Shown here: positions 50,020 to 50,126 of the stretch, in pieces
Numbering within the stretch: position 1 is the first letter of the stretch
How the letters are laid out: each line of letters starts with the position of its first letter
Source: Escherichia phage ev017
DNA length: 50,126 nucleotides
Sequence record: NC_049948.1
Strand: one strand, 5' to 3'
Made by a program: the position numbers and the translations under genes
The notes under the pieces: model-generated
Told to the model about the DNA's origin: nothing
Seen by the model: only the letters and a program-made list of their open reading frames with translations
The model's database searches: none

Positions 50020-50126
50020 TGTCTCTTATACACATCTGACGCTGCCGACGAATAGAGAGGTGTAGATCTTCGTGGTACCCGTCTCGTTAAAAAAAAAAAC
50101 TAAGACGTGGTACCATATTAGAGTTA
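50020..50126. other. Non-biological Illumina Nextera adapter (mosaic end TGTCTCTTATACACATCTGACGCTGCCGACGA, index ATAGAGAG, degenerate P5, poly-A)
   Basis: Adapter strings read directly; preceded by ...GATCCAACAGGTTACGGG resembling the lambda right end. Confidence 0.92.

Noticed and set aside
1-50126. CRISPR arrays, tRNA or rRNA genes
   Set aside because: No regularly spaced repeat-spacer arrays and no tRNA-like cloverleaf candidates noticed; the direct repeats present are ori iterons, arm-type sites and protein-coding repeats.

Overview
The window is essentially one complete lambdoid temperate phage genome (~50 kb) in virion cos-to-cos order, flanked at both ends by non-biological Illumina Nextera adapter and index sequence. 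Gene order is lambda-like throughout: cos, terminase Nu1/A, W, portal B, C, D, E, FI, FII, Z, U, V, G/G-T, H, M, L, K, I, J, a side tail fibre, a b-region with cargo, attP, int, xis, an accessory left operon (Ea22, orf63, orf61, exo, bet, gam, kil, cIII, ea10, ral, sieB, N), the immunity region (cI, cro, cII), replication (O with ori iterons, P, ren), a nin region (ninB, an N6-adenine methyltransferase, ninE, rusA, ylcG-like, Q), a porin gene, a pinholin/SAR-endolysin/Rz/Rz1 lysis cassette and bor. Tail genes Z through I are close to lambda as I recall it, whereas the integration and lysis modules look phage 21/DLP12-like; the attP region carries a 3' fragment of host icd. The b-region carries a complete sitABCD metal-uptake operon with MntR and Fur boxes. 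The most interesting candidate for an undescribed system is an AT-rich two-gene cassette (185 aa and 250 aa, no recognisable motifs) sitting exactly where lambda has rexAB, between cI and N; a second AT-rich orphan gene (256 aa) lies next to attP. All family assignments are from my reading of the translations, not from database searches, and regulatory-site coordinates are approximate (+/- 2 nt).
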